From NCBI GenBank assembly GCA_963666215.2, contig CAXWPL010000001.1, positions 64,001 through 128,000 of the forward strand: 64,000 nucleotides of DNA, written 5' to 3'. Positions 49,367 through 58,539 of this stretch are shown one piece after another. Source of the stretch: Acidobacteriota bacterium (lineage in GTDB: Bacteria > Acidobacteriota > UBA890 > WLXD01). Each line of letters opens with the position of its first letter. The stretch's first letter is position 1. The position numbers and the translations under genes are program-made. The notes beneath the pieces were generated by a model, which worked only from the letters and a program-made list of their open reading frames with translations, had not been told where the DNA came from and did no database searches.

Positions 49367-50071
49367 TTAGCCCGCCAGCTCGAACTGCACCGTAACCGTC
49401 AGAAGCACCTCGACGGGCCGGCCGTTGTAGAAGGTCGGCGTGTATTTCCACTGCTCTACCGCCGACTTCGCGGCGTCGTCCAACCCCAGCCCAAGCCCGC
49501 GCAGCACGTTCACGTCGACCACGTTGCCTTGACGGTCGATCGTTGCCTCGAGGATGACGACGCCCGTCAGGCGCGCGCGACGGGCAAGCTCGGGATAGCT
49601 CGGGTTCACTCGTTGGATCAGCGTCGGAGCCTCGATCTCGCCACCGACGTGCATCGGGCCCTGATCGATAACCGGCGGCCCGCCGGACGGTCCGGCGAAT
49701 ACGAACTCGGTGTCTGCGGTCTCGATCTCCGTCTCCACGTACTCGACATCTGCCTCGACGATCGGCTCGGGATCGTCAGGCGTGGGGTCGGGAATCGGGA
49801 CGCGCACGGTCCTCTTCTTGATGACCTTCTTCTTCGGCTGTTCCTTCGGCGGCTCCGGCGGCTTGTAGCGCTTGATGACGACCGCCTCGCGCTGCTCGGC
49901 CTCCATGGCGGAGCTCGCCATCTGCGGAAACACGGTCACGAACAGCCCGAAATGCAAGAGAAACGCCGCGATCCAGGCGACCTTGAAGGGCTTGTCGTCC
50001 TGGGTGTAGATATCGCCCGCGTAGGCCAGCGAATCCAGACTGCCGTGCTCGGTCTTTTTTTCTTCAGCCAT
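49367..50071 (-). CDS. tonB: TonB-family energy transducer
   Basis: Transmembrane helix with conserved His (FLLHF), Pro-rich linker, C-terminal domain PSYPELARRA..GVVIL..IDRQGNV..GLDDAA..WKYTP. Confidence 0.9.
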   Translation of the reverse strand: MAEEKKTEHGSLDSLAYAGDIYTQDDKPFKVAWIAAFLLHFGLFVTVFPQMASSAMEAEQREAVVIKRYKPPEPPKEQPKKKVIKKRTVRVPIPDPTPDDPEPIVEADVEYVETEIETADTEFVFAGPSGGPPVIDQGPMHVGGEIEAPTLIQRVNPSYPELARRARLTGVVILEATIDRQGNVVDVNVLRGLGLGLDDAAKSAVEQWKYTPTFYNGRPVEVLLTVTVQFELAG

Positions 50072-50085
50072 GGGTTACGCCCCCC

Positions 50086-50520
50086 TCAGAGTATGTTGCC
50101 CCATTGGCTCTTCTCGGCCTGGGTCGGAATCGAGATGTTCTTCACCTCGGCCAGTTTGAGCTCGTCAAAAGCGTCGACCATGCAGCGATAGGGCGCGTCC
50201 GGGCTCGGATCGATAATCACGAACTTGTTCGGATTGCGCGCCAGCTTCGGCTCGATATAGATGGCGATATCGGAAAGCGCCATATCGGTCTGGTCGACCA
50301 CGAACTGACACCCCGACCCGGCCGGCAAGATGTTGATGTGGATCGCCTCTTCCGGGTTCTGATCCGGAGGCGCGTTGTCGTTCTTCGGCAGCTGGAACTC
50401 GAGTCCCCGCGTTACCGAAAAGACAGACGTCACCATGAAGAAGACGATCAGCAGGAAGGCGATGTCCGCCATCGAAGCTGTTGGGATCTCCGTCTCGCGC
50501 TTGTCCCTCTTCATCTTCAT
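50086..50520 (-). CDS. exbD: ExbD/TolR-family protein
   Basis: IPTASMADIAFLLIVFFMVT with conserved Asp. Confidence 0.92.
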   Translation of the reverse strand: MKMKRDKRETEIPTASMADIAFLLIVFFMVTSVFSVTRGLEFQLPKNDNAPPDQNPEEAIHINILPAGSGCQFVVDQTDMALSDIAIYIEPKLARNPNKFVIIDPSPDAPYRCMVDAFDELKLAEVKNISIPTQAEKSQWGNIL

Positions 50521-50939
50521 CAGCCGACCTCCTCTTGCATCGTCAGCATCGCCACATTGCGAACGTTGGCCTGCCGCAGCTGCTCCATCACATGGTCGAC
50601 GAACTCGTAACGCGTGGCTCCGTCGGCCTTGATCAGGAAGAACTGCATCGGGTTCTTCTCGACGACGAACGCGGCCGAAGGCAGAACGTCAGCGACGTTC
50701 ATCACACGGCTCTGCTCCTCGCCGTTCGAGAAGTGAACGACGCCGCTTTCCTCGATGGCGATAATCGCGGCGTCCTTCGGAACCTCGACACGCTCGAGGC
50801 TCGTCGGTAAACCGACGCGCGTACGGTCAACGGTGATGTTCGTGGTGACCATGAAGAAAACGATCAACAAGAACGCGATATCGGCCATCGACGCCGTCGG
50901 CACGTACGATTCGGCTCGCTTCGGTTTTTTGAACTTCAT
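50520..50939 (-). CDS. exbD: ExbD/TolR-family protein (second paralog)
   Basis: VPTASMADIAFLLIVFFMVT, IKADG..RYEFVDHVM. Confidence 0.92.
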   Translation of the reverse strand: MKFKKPKRAESYVPTASMADIAFLLIVFFMVTTNITVDRTRVGLPTSLERVEVPKDAAIIAIEESGVVHFSNGEEQSRVMNVADVLPSAAFVVEKNPMQFFLIKADGATRYEFVDHVMEQLRQANVRNVAMLTMQEEVG

Positions 50940-51002
50940 TGCCTCACCTGCTGCTGCGGCACGCCTGCGGGAAGCCTATTGAGAGTGAATGGACCCTAGA
51001 GC

Positions 51003-51647
51003 CTAGCTTGCGTCTACGTCGCCCATCTCGGAATACGTCTCGAGGAGAACGTTCGCGGACGTCTCCATCTCGAGCACGAACTTACCAACCTGGGTCGTGA
51101 AGTAGTTGAACGCCGCGAGCACCGGGATGGCGATGGCCAGGCCGGCGGCGGTCGTGATCAGCGCCTCCGAGATGCCCTTGGCAACCAGGCCAGGGTTCGA
51201 CAGACCGGCGCGCGCCAGAGCGTCGAACGAATTGATCATGCCGGTGACCGTCCCCAGGAAGCCGAGCAGCGGGGCGATGTTGGCAACCGAGGCCAGCACA
51301 CCGAGGCCACGCTCGAGTCGCGCCAGCTCGTGCGCCGACGCCGCTTCGATCGTGCGCTCGATCTCCTCTTGCGGCCGACCAAACTTGATCAGGCCAGCCT
51401 TCATGATGTTGGCGATCGGCCCCTGATACTCCTCGCAGACCGTCGTCGCTTCCTTGACGTTGCGGCGCTTCAGCAACGCGGTGCGAACGCGATCGAGGAA
51501 CTCCTGCGTGTTGATCTTCGCGCACCACAACGCGTAGGCCCTCTCCAGAATGAAGACCAGCCCAAGAAGCGACAGAAGAAGCAGCGCGTGCATAACCGGG
51601 CCGCCCTGTCGGTAAAGGGTGAAGAGGGTTCCGCTGGTAAAGCTCAC
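51003..51647 (-). CDS. exbB: MotA/TolQ/ExbB proton channel
   Basis: GGPVM, APLLGFLGTVTGMI, GISEALITTAAGL; GTG start with GGAGG RBS. Confidence 0.93.
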   Translation of the reverse strand: MSFTSGTLFTLYRQGGPVMHALLLLSLLGLVFILERAYALWCAKINTQEFLDRVRTALLKRRNVKEATTVCEEYQGPIANIMKAGLIKFGRPQEEIERTIEAASAHELARLERGLGVLASVANIAPLLGFLGTVTGMINSFDALARAGLSNPGLVAKGISEALITTAAGLAIAIPVLAAFNYFTTQVGKFVLEMETSANVLLETYSEMGDVDAS

Positions 51648-51809
51648 GTCAGGATTCCTCCCGTTTGACCCCTACCGCGCCAGGCGCCGCAGTGGGTCGG
51701 ATTCGAGGCTGCGTCGCAATCTCGAGGGGAACTTGGATAGCCCCGAAGACGAGGTTTTGTGACCGTGGAAATCGAATGCCGCCAGGGCTTGCCGGCGGCA
51801 GGCCCGCAG

Positions 51810-51907
51810 TTTCTAGCACGTCGCGGAAAACGCTGTCAACAGGCGGCGCTTGCGGGGGCCGGACCAAGAGTGTGCTCATTATAGGTTCGCTCCCCCAACC
51901 CGGTCAA
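51810..51907 (-). promoter_or_regulatory. Tandem putative sigma70 promoters of the exbB-exbD-exbD-tonB operon
   Basis: TTGACC-18 bp-TATAAT (51907..51878) and TTGACA-18 bp-TAGAAA (51839..51810). Confidence 0.65.
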
Positions 51908-51923
51908 TGGAGCGCACCCAAAG

Positions 51924-53222
51924 CTATTGCGCGAAATAGCCCGGCCGCGAGCGCAGCTTCAGATTGCCAGCCTCAGATTCGGCGGCGGCACGCACTTCGA
52001 TCTCGCGCCAGGCACCATCGCCGCCCACCGCCAGCGGTTCGTAGGTAAGCCGGTACTGCGCCCGCAGGTCGTCGGTAATCGAGGCAAACGTACGGTCCGC
52101 GTCGTCTCGCGGGTGCATGTAAATGAAGCGGCCACCAGTGGAATCGGCGAGCTTGCGCATCACCCAGCGTTCGAAGTGGAAACGCGGCGATAGATCGACT
52201 CCGATCAGGTAGAGGGCGATGTCGGCGCGCTGCGCGGCTTGGATCGTCTCTGCCAGGTCGTGCTCGGACCGCGAGTCGTGACCGTCGGTGAGGACAACCA
52301 ACGCTCGGCGTCCCTCGTGCCCCTCGAACTGCTCCGCGGCCGCAGCGATCGCGTCGTAGAGCCGTGTATAGCTGCCGCTCGAGATCAGCTCGAGCGAGTC
52401 GGAGAGCCGGCTTACGTCGTTGGTGAACTCCTGGAGCACAGAGGCGTGGTCGGCAAACGACATGACAAACGCCTTGTCTTGAGGCTGCTCCAGCAACCCG
52501 TCGATGAAGGCGCCTGCAGACTCGAGCGCGAACTCCATTCTCTCGACCATGCTGCCGCTGCAGTCAACCAAGAACCCGATCGCCACGGGTAGGCTCGCCA
52601 CCTGCTCCACGGCCACAATCGACTGCGGAACACCATCCTCCAACAGCTCGAAGTCATCACGCGAAAGCGCCAGCTCGCCACCGTCTCCCTCCACCCGGAC
52701 GTAGGTCTCGACCCGCTCCACGCGGCTGCGGTAGGCGGGCACAGCGGAGACGTCGGGGGGCAGGCCCACGACGATCGTGTGTTCGGCAACACGACCATCG
52801 GTGGCGTAGGCGCGGGCAGTGATGCGGTGCCGTTCCGTACCGCCCACAACCCAGATGAGCTCGTAGGGCGCCACTGCGTCGGAAAAAACAGGCTTACCGT
52901 CGATCACGAAGTCAACCGACGCAACGTCGGCGGCGGATCCGGCGGAAATCTCCGCGCTGATGGTCGTGCGCCCTGCGATCACATCGCCCGCCCGCGGCGA
53001 CACGAGCCTGACCTCGAGCTCGCGATCTTCGCCGGGCGACGCTGACTGACCTTCTGAGGCTTCGACAAGCGGCGAGGCGGCCAGAGCCAGGGCGGCCGTC
53101 AGGGCGATCGACAGCCCGGCGTAGCCGGCATTCCAGCGGTGCCCGCCTTCGAGGCCGGCCGCGTGAAGTAGCTTCTCTGCTCCGCAGCTGACCAAGCGCC
53201 ATCGACCTCCCTTCAACGCCAC
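51924..53222 (-). CDS. Exported Ig-like plus VWA domain protein (acidobacterial VWFA-related type; start uncertain)
   Basis: SVDFVIDGK..PYELIW Ig-like domain; DFELLEDGVPQSI; MIDAS DCSGS, TRLYDAI, LTDG; QYRLTYEP; RSRPGY. Confidence 0.88.
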   Translation of the reverse strand: MALKGGRWRLVSCGAEKLLHAAGLEGGHRWNAGYAGLSIALTAALALAASPLVEASEGQSASPGEDRELEVRLVSPRAGDVIAGRTTISAEISAGSAADVASVDFVIDGKPVFSDAVAPYELIWVVGGTERHRITARAYATDGRVAEHTIVVGLPPDVSAVPAYRSRVERVETYVRVEGDGGELALSRDDFELLEDGVPQSIVAVEQVASLPVAIGFLVDCSGSMVERMEFALESAGAFIDGLLEQPQDKAFVMSFADHASVLQEFTNDVSRLSDSLELISSGSYTRLYDAIAAAAEQFEGHEGRRALVVLTDGHDSRSEHDLAETIQAAQRADIALYLIGVDLSPRFHFERWVMRKLADSTGGRFIYMHPRDDADRTFASITDDLRAQYRLTYEPLAVGGDGAWREIEVRAAAESEAGNLKLRSRPGYFAQ

Positions 53223-53277
53223 CTGAATGGCAGCGCGGCCCTATCCTACAGCGCCTCGCGCACGAAGTGGCTAGGAG

Positions 53278-54396
53278 CTAGGAGGACTTCAGCTGTCTCT
53301 GGCCGACGGCCTTCAGGATGCGGTCGGCCTCTTTCTTCCGGCCCTGTTGTCGATACACCTGGGCGAGGACATTTCGAGGCTCGTTGAAATCCGACTTCAA
53401 CGCCACGGCGCGCTGCAACACCGCGACGCAGCGATCGAGATCGCCCGACCGCAGGAACGCCAGACCCATGTGGTAGTAGAGAAAGGGGTTCCGCGGCTGC
53501 AGCTCCGCGGCGCGCTCGTACAGCTCGATCGCGCTCTCCAGATCACCGGCACGCAGCCTGAGGTTCGCGAGGTTGTGATAGGGAGCCGCCATCGAGGCCT
53601 TGGTGTCGATCGCGGCCGTGTACTGCTCCTCGGCTTGGTCGAGGCGGCCGAGCCGCGTGTAGGCCACTCCCAGGTTGTTGAGCGCCCTCGTGAAGTTCGG
53701 TCGCACCCAAGCCGCTAGCTCGAAGTTCTCGCTGACCAACGCCCACGGAATCTCGACACCATCCGTCTGGGCGGTATGGAGAACCTCGTAGCCCAAGTTG
53801 TTGTGGAAATGGGCCAACGCCTCCACATCGGAAATAAGGTTGAAGGTCCGAAAATCCGACAGGTCGCCATCGAAGTCGACCATGGACCAACCGCGCTCGG
53901 TCCGCACCGTGGCGGCGATATGACCGGAGTCGACGATGACATCCTGCTCGCGGCGCAAGTCGTTGATGCGGTCGGACGCGTCGACGTAGTAGGCCGTGAG
54001 GCCAATTCCTCGAGCCAGGCCAATGTACAGCGACGTCAGCGACAAGCAGTTGCCGTGGCCGCGCGCGACGGTGTCGATCGCGACGGTCGTCGATACCGGC
54101 TCGTATTCGAGGCCGAAACCCTTCTCGTCGGTGATAGCTCGTCGCAGAAACTGCGCCCTGTCGTACTCTGACGTCGCGAAAACGGTCAGGTCGTGAGCCC
54201 TCTGCAGCAGCTCCGGCGTGACCTGGTACGGAGCCTCGAAATCGCGCTTCTCGCCCGCCGGAATCCGCGTCAGAACATCGGCCCGCAGCTCGTGCGGCGA
54301 ATAGGTCAGCTTGCGCGCGGGCGGCCCGCAGGCCACGCCGACGAAAAGGAGAGCGCAGGCGAAAACCCTGCGCCGTCGATCCGGGCTCGGGCTCAT
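53278..54396 (-). CDS. Transglutaminase-like plus TPR putative lipoprotein
   Basis: Lipobox-like GVAC; GNCLS (Cys), GHI (His), VDF (Asp); TPRs NNLG, HNLANL, YHMG. Confidence 0.8.
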   Translation of the reverse strand: MSPSPDRRRRVFACALLFVGVACGPPARKLTYSPHELRADVLTRIPAGEKRDFEAPYQVTPELLQRAHDLTVFATSEYDRAQFLRRAITDEKGFGLEYEPVSTTVAIDTVARGHGNCLSLTSLYIGLARGIGLTAYYVDASDRINDLRREQDVIVDSGHIAATVRTERGWSMVDFDGDLSDFRTFNLISDVEALAHFHNNLGYEVLHTAQTDGVEIPWALVSENFELAAWVRPNFTRALNNLGVAYTRLGRLDQAEEQYTAAIDTKASMAAPYHNLANLRLRAGDLESAIELYERAAELQPRNPFLYYHMGLAFLRSGDLDRCVAVLQRAVALKSDFNEPRNVLAQVYRQQGRKKEADRILKAVGQRQLKSS

Positions 54397-54546
54397 GGGC
54401 TGGACTCGGGGAAGAGAAAGAGCGACAAGGGCTGCGCCTCGCCTTTCACCATAATCACCAGTTATAGCCACTGCCGCGGTATGCACGCGGTGTTGTGGAC
54501 CGGTTGATCCGCTGGAGCCAGCGGTGCTATTGGCTCTATAATGCCT

Positions 54547-55536
54547 CTACTGGACCTCGCGCAGCGCGCCCAGCACCTGCTCGACCACCGCCGCCTCCTG
54601 GCTTCCCTCAGGGGCTTTGGTGAGATAGGCCTCGAAGGACTCGATCGCCTTGGCCATGTTCCCGGTGTTGATGTAGGCGTAGCCCTTCTGCTGGTACGCC
54701 GGTAGGTACTCCGGATCGATGGTCAGAGCCTGCTCGTAGTAATCGATCGCTTCCGCGGCGCGGCCTGTGTCGAAATAGATCTCGCCGATGTTGTAGAAGA
54801 CCGCCGGGTCGTCCGGCGTCGATTCGGTGGCTTTCTGGAAGTGCGGCAGCGCCAGGGCGACTTCGCCCTTTTCGATGAGCGTCTCCCCCAGGTTGATGAG
54901 AGCTTGCGGTTCCGCGGGGTCCTGAGCAAGCACCAGCTCGTACGAACGCACGGCTTCGTCGAGCTGACCCATGCGGCGGAAGGCGGTACCAATGCTGATT
55001 TGGATCTGGTAGACCGACGGATTCTCTCCGGCGAACTCCTGCCACTTGGCCAGAGCTCCGGCATAGTCATCAGCTGCGAACAGGGCATTGCCCTCGATGA
55101 AGGCCGCGGCGTTGGTGCTGTCGCCGCCAATTGAGCCCATATCACCGGTGGACGGCTCGAGCGTGACATTCATATCGGGCATCCTGCCGAGCGTGCGCGT
55201 AGAGACGCCCCGCTCCTGCGTGGTGTAGCCGTCCATCTCGAACGTGAAGGCCCAGGTCGAGCTGTTGAACCCGAGAAGCGACCAGCGCCCGCTTTCGCTG
55301 GTGGTTGTCTCCAGCGTGCTTGGAGTCATTTCCGGGTTGTATGCACTGACCTTGACGCCAACGATCGGAGTTCCCGACGGATCGGTTACTTTGCCCTGCA
55401 TCCGGCCGTTGCCGAGCTGAGCGTGCGCAGGCGAGACGAAAACGGCGGTCGTTATGGCGAAGGTCACTGCCGCGACCGCCACTATCCCAAGCAGCGTCCT
55501 GGCCGAGCTACCACTCGAGTCAAACCTCATCTGCAC
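54547..55536 (-). CDS. Exported carboxypeptidase-regulatory-like plus TPR protein
   Basis: Signal peptide ending PAHA; GKVTDPSGTPIVGV..TTSESGRW beta-sandwich; several TPRs. Confidence 0.85.
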   Translation of the reverse strand: MQMRFDSSGSSARTLLGIVAVAAVTFAITTAVFVSPAHAQLGNGRMQGKVTDPSGTPIVGVKVSAYNPEMTPSTLETTTSESGRWSLLGFNSSTWAFTFEMDGYTTQERGVSTRTLGRMPDMNVTLEPSTGDMGSIGGDSTNAAAFIEGNALFAADDYAGALAKWQEFAGENPSVYQIQISIGTAFRRMGQLDEAVRSYELVLAQDPAEPQALINLGETLIEKGEVALALPHFQKATESTPDDPAVFYNIGEIYFDTGRAAEAIDYYEQALTIDPEYLPAYQQKGYAYINTGNMAKAIESFEAYLTKAPEGSQEAAVVEQVLGALREVQ

Positions 55537-55606
55537 CCCCTTTTTCGGAGACCGTCCGCGCCGGAAAGGACCCCGTCCTGTGTCACTGTCTGGAAGGAAC
55601 GACGGC

Positions 55607-57259
55607 TCAACTCGGTTCGTTCAATATGGCCGCTATCTTGAAGGGTACGTAGTGGACCATCTCGGCGCCAGCGACGAGGTCCTTCACTCGGATTTCGATT
55701 CGGTAGGTCCCCCCGGCGCGAAGCTTGGAAACTTGGCCGAGCGGAATCTGCTGTCCCACGGCGTGGATGCCAAGAGTCTGGGTCGGAAGTCGCGCCAAGC
55801 TCTCCTCGCCCTCTTCGCCTTCGAGAATCCGGTACTGAATCTCGAGCTTGGGTCGGCCAGGCACAGCTGGGTCGGGGCTCCAGCCCATCGCGATGAAGAC
55901 CAGCTCGACGGTATCCTTGCGATCGAACACCCGGTCGACATCGTCGGCCAGCAGGATGTTCCCGAGGCGCACGCCCTTGTACACGGCGCGTGTGCTCATG
56001 GCCTCGGCCTGCTGACGATGCGGCGGCACGGCCAGAAGCGCGCTCGTCAGTTTGAGGCCTGGAGCTGTGTAGTCCGGGATATCGATCACCTCATCCGAGG
56101 TGGCGGCCATCTCGCTGCTTTCGTCCAGAACGCCCCACGCCATCCGGTAGGTGCCCGGAGTCAAGGTCACGCCGAACGAGCGCGTCGCGGTTTCTGCATC
56201 GTCACCGTCCTCCTGCCCCACGGTGAACGGAATATCGAACTGGAAGACGGTCTCTTCGTTACCGGGCTCTCCCTGTAGGAGCGCGCCGAAGACCTTGAGC
56301 TGAGCCTGAGCGCCAGTGGCCGTCTCGGCGAAGGAGAGCCCTTCCTTGCCGAGCTCGAACGAAAAGGCGGTGAAGGTGCCGTCGGGGGCAACGAACGTCT
56401 GCACTCGTTGCTGCAGCGCGAAGTCGCTGCGCATCGTGCCGCCCTGGACCATCTGCATCCAGATCCGAACCTCTGGAGCAACGGCCGGGACGCCCCCAGG
56501 CGCGCCCATCATCGGCCGGATGCCAGCCGCGGTCGTCACAGCACCACCCGCTCCGCCGCCACCGCGGAGCATCATCTGCAGCTCACCCTGAATGCTCTCG
56601 TTGAAACGCTCGGCGGTCAGGTCCACCCGCGACCGTCGCGAGTAGGAGCTGCGCCCAACGGGAGAAAACCGAACCTGGCCCGCGATCGGCTCGTGCTCGT
56701 ATGTCCAAATGATGTCCGGACGACCGCCGCCACCAGGAGGAGCGCCGGCACCACCACCGCCACCACCGCCGGCACTATCGCCGCGTGCGCCGGTGTTGCC
56801 GCCCACCCGCCGAGTCTCCTGCTCGTTTGGCAAGCCGTAGACGATCAGCACCTTGCCCCGATCGGTAGCATAGCCTGGCATGCCCTGCTCGCGAGCCATG
56901 CGCATCGCCCGACCCGCCCTCCGCATGAAGATCATGCGGACCTCGTTCTCCTCGGTCCCCGGCGTCGGATCTCGTGTTCCCCAAAATGCTGCGATGAACT
57001 CCTCGCGGGGGGCGTCGGAGAGCAGTTCCTTCCACTCCTTCTTCTCGGCGTCGGTCATGATGACTTCTGTAAGCTCATGCCAGTCCTCGAGCTTCTCGGG
57101 GACGATGTCCTGTTCGCCTGGGGCCTGAGTGCCGCCTGGACGCTGCCCGCCCGGCCGCTGCAGCTCGATCAGGCCTGCAGCGAAACCCGTAGAAGGAACC
57201 AGCACGGCGACCGACAGGGCCGCGATGAGTGTGCACACGAGAGCTGTACGTATTCGCAT
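55607..57259 (-). CDS. GWxTD-domain protein (GYxTD variant)
   Basis: Signal peptide; FIAAFWGTRDPTPGTEENE, PGYATDRGKVLIVYGLP; C-terminal beta domains. Start re-called at ATG 57259. Confidence 0.85.
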   Translation of the reverse strand: MRIRTALVCTLIAALSVAVLVPSTGFAAGLIELQRPGGQRPGGTQAPGEQDIVPEKLEDWHELTEVIMTDAEKKEWKELLSDAPREEFIAAFWGTRDPTPGTEENEVRMIFMRRAGRAMRMAREQGMPGYATDRGKVLIVYGLPNEQETRRVGGNTGARGDSAGGGGGGGAGAPPGGGGRPDIIWTYEHEPIAGQVRFSPVGRSSYSRRSRVDLTAERFNESIQGELQMMLRGGGGAGGAVTTAAGIRPMMGAPGGVPAVAPEVRIWMQMVQGGTMRSDFALQQRVQTFVAPDGTFTAFSFELGKEGLSFAETATGAQAQLKVFGALLQGEPGNEETVFQFDIPFTVGQEDGDDAETATRSFGVTLTPGTYRMAWGVLDESSEMAATSDEVIDIPDYTAPGLKLTSALLAVPPHRQQAEAMSTRAVYKGVRLGNILLADDVDRVFDRKDTVELVFIAMGWSPDPAVPGRPKLEIQYRILEGEEGEESLARLPTQTLGIHAVGQQIPLGQVSKLRAGGTYRIEIRVKDLVAGAEMVHYVPFKIAAILNEPS

Positions 57260-57757
57260 GGGGCGACCTCCGAGCTTCCGGCGTTGTCCAAGATTGGCGG
57301 ACACCGACCCGGCAATGCTCATTAGATAAGCTACGAGTGCGAAAGCGACATGGGCCGCGTTCTGCTGAGAGCCCCCGAGCTGCTGTTGGGCGGGAGGAGC
57401 TAGCGAACGCCTGGCCGGTTGAGAATCAGAGCTAAGTATAGTGATGAACCTGACCACGTTCCACCGACCTGGGGATCGGCGCGGGGTGATCCACTCCGGC
57501 AACGTCTTGGCAGCCTCCACGCCAGCGCTGCGGAACACCCAGGTTTCGTTGGTGAGGAACCGCCCTGTGCATACGCGAGAGGTTGTGGCCTTAGGACGAT
57601 CCGTCATCTGGCCGCAACGCCCAGCGGCGCTGCGGCTCCGCCGGCCGTAGACCTTCCATCGCAGTGCGCGAACGCAGACTGCGGTCACACTTAGCATGCG
57701 ACGCCGCAGCGAGATCGCCGCCCTACACGCATGCGATCAACTTCTTCCGCGCAGAAC

Positions 57758-58539
57758 GCACAGCAACGGCGCCAGCGGCGACAAGCACCTACCAGAGACC
57801 ATGGGCGCAGGTGCCGGGTGGATCGACTTCGACGGCGATGGACGGCTAGACCTGTATCTCGTCGACAGCGGCCGATTGCCGGCGACTGGATCCGCCGACT
57901 CCGAAGGTGCGGCGCAAGCAGCTCTTCGCAGCGCGAGGGATGCGGACCACCGAGAGGCTGGGGACGACGGCCGTAACCTGCTCTACCGAGGAGTCGGCGA
58001 GGGCGTGTTCACGAGCTCGGCGCGTGCCTCACCAGAAGAACATAGCCGCCTCGGGATCAGCTGGCCGCTCCGGTGGCTCGAACGTCTCTTCGATCTCGCC
58101 CGTGGCGACCTTCATGACGTGCGCAGCACAGGCCCCCGTCCCTGCTGGCCTCCACTGCCCCTGAGGTCCTTTCGGCATGGGAGCCTCTCCCTTGGTGGTG
58201 TGAATGTATGCTCAGTGTATATCACCAGAAGAACATCGACAGAGCGAGGAAGCGTCAACCTGAAATTAAACTGAGACACTACCGGGGATGGGTGCGGCAG
58301 GCAGCCACGGCTGCGGCCAGGTTTCAGGGCCCTGTGGCCCTTGACGATCGTCATCGCCGCAACGCCCACGCCGCCAGCCTCGCAGTCGCAGATCAACTTC
58401 ATCGACGCCAGCGAGATCGCCGGCATCGCCTTCAAGCACAGCAACGGCGCCAGCGGCGACAAGCACCTACCAGAGACCATGGGCGCAGGTGCCGGGTGGA
58501 TCGACTTCGACGGCGATGGACGGCTAGACCTGTATCTCG
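57758..58539 (+). repeat. Exact 104-bp direct duplication of the ASPIC gene 5' region
   Basis: 57758-57861 is identical to 58436-58539 (GCACAGCAACGGC..CTGTATCTCG). Confidence 0.9.
58029..58283 (-). mobile_element. Remnant end of a probable IS1-family element carrying a small ORF (58178..58029, 49 aa)
   Basis: Terminal GGTAGTGTCTCAGTTT fits the IS1 GGnnnTG end; lower-GC stretch; RBS AGGGAGAGG then MPKGPQGQWRPAGTGACAAHVMKVATGEIEE. Confidence 0.55.

Noticed and set aside
54537-54542. Antisense promoter (TATAAT on the plus strand)
   Set aside because: No properly spaced -35 element and no downstream plus-strand gene.
57260-57697. ORF-track N-terminal extensions (GWxTD gene, pyk, yhaN, yhaO, HAD, nuoB, IS481 transposase)
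   Set aside because: They overlap neighbouring genes or intergenic DNA; downstream starts fit family N-termini, RBS positions or stop-start coupling better.
57758-58539. Diversity-generating retroelement template/variable repeat pair
   Set aside because: The two copies are identical with no adenine-specific differences, and there is no reverse transcriptase in the window.
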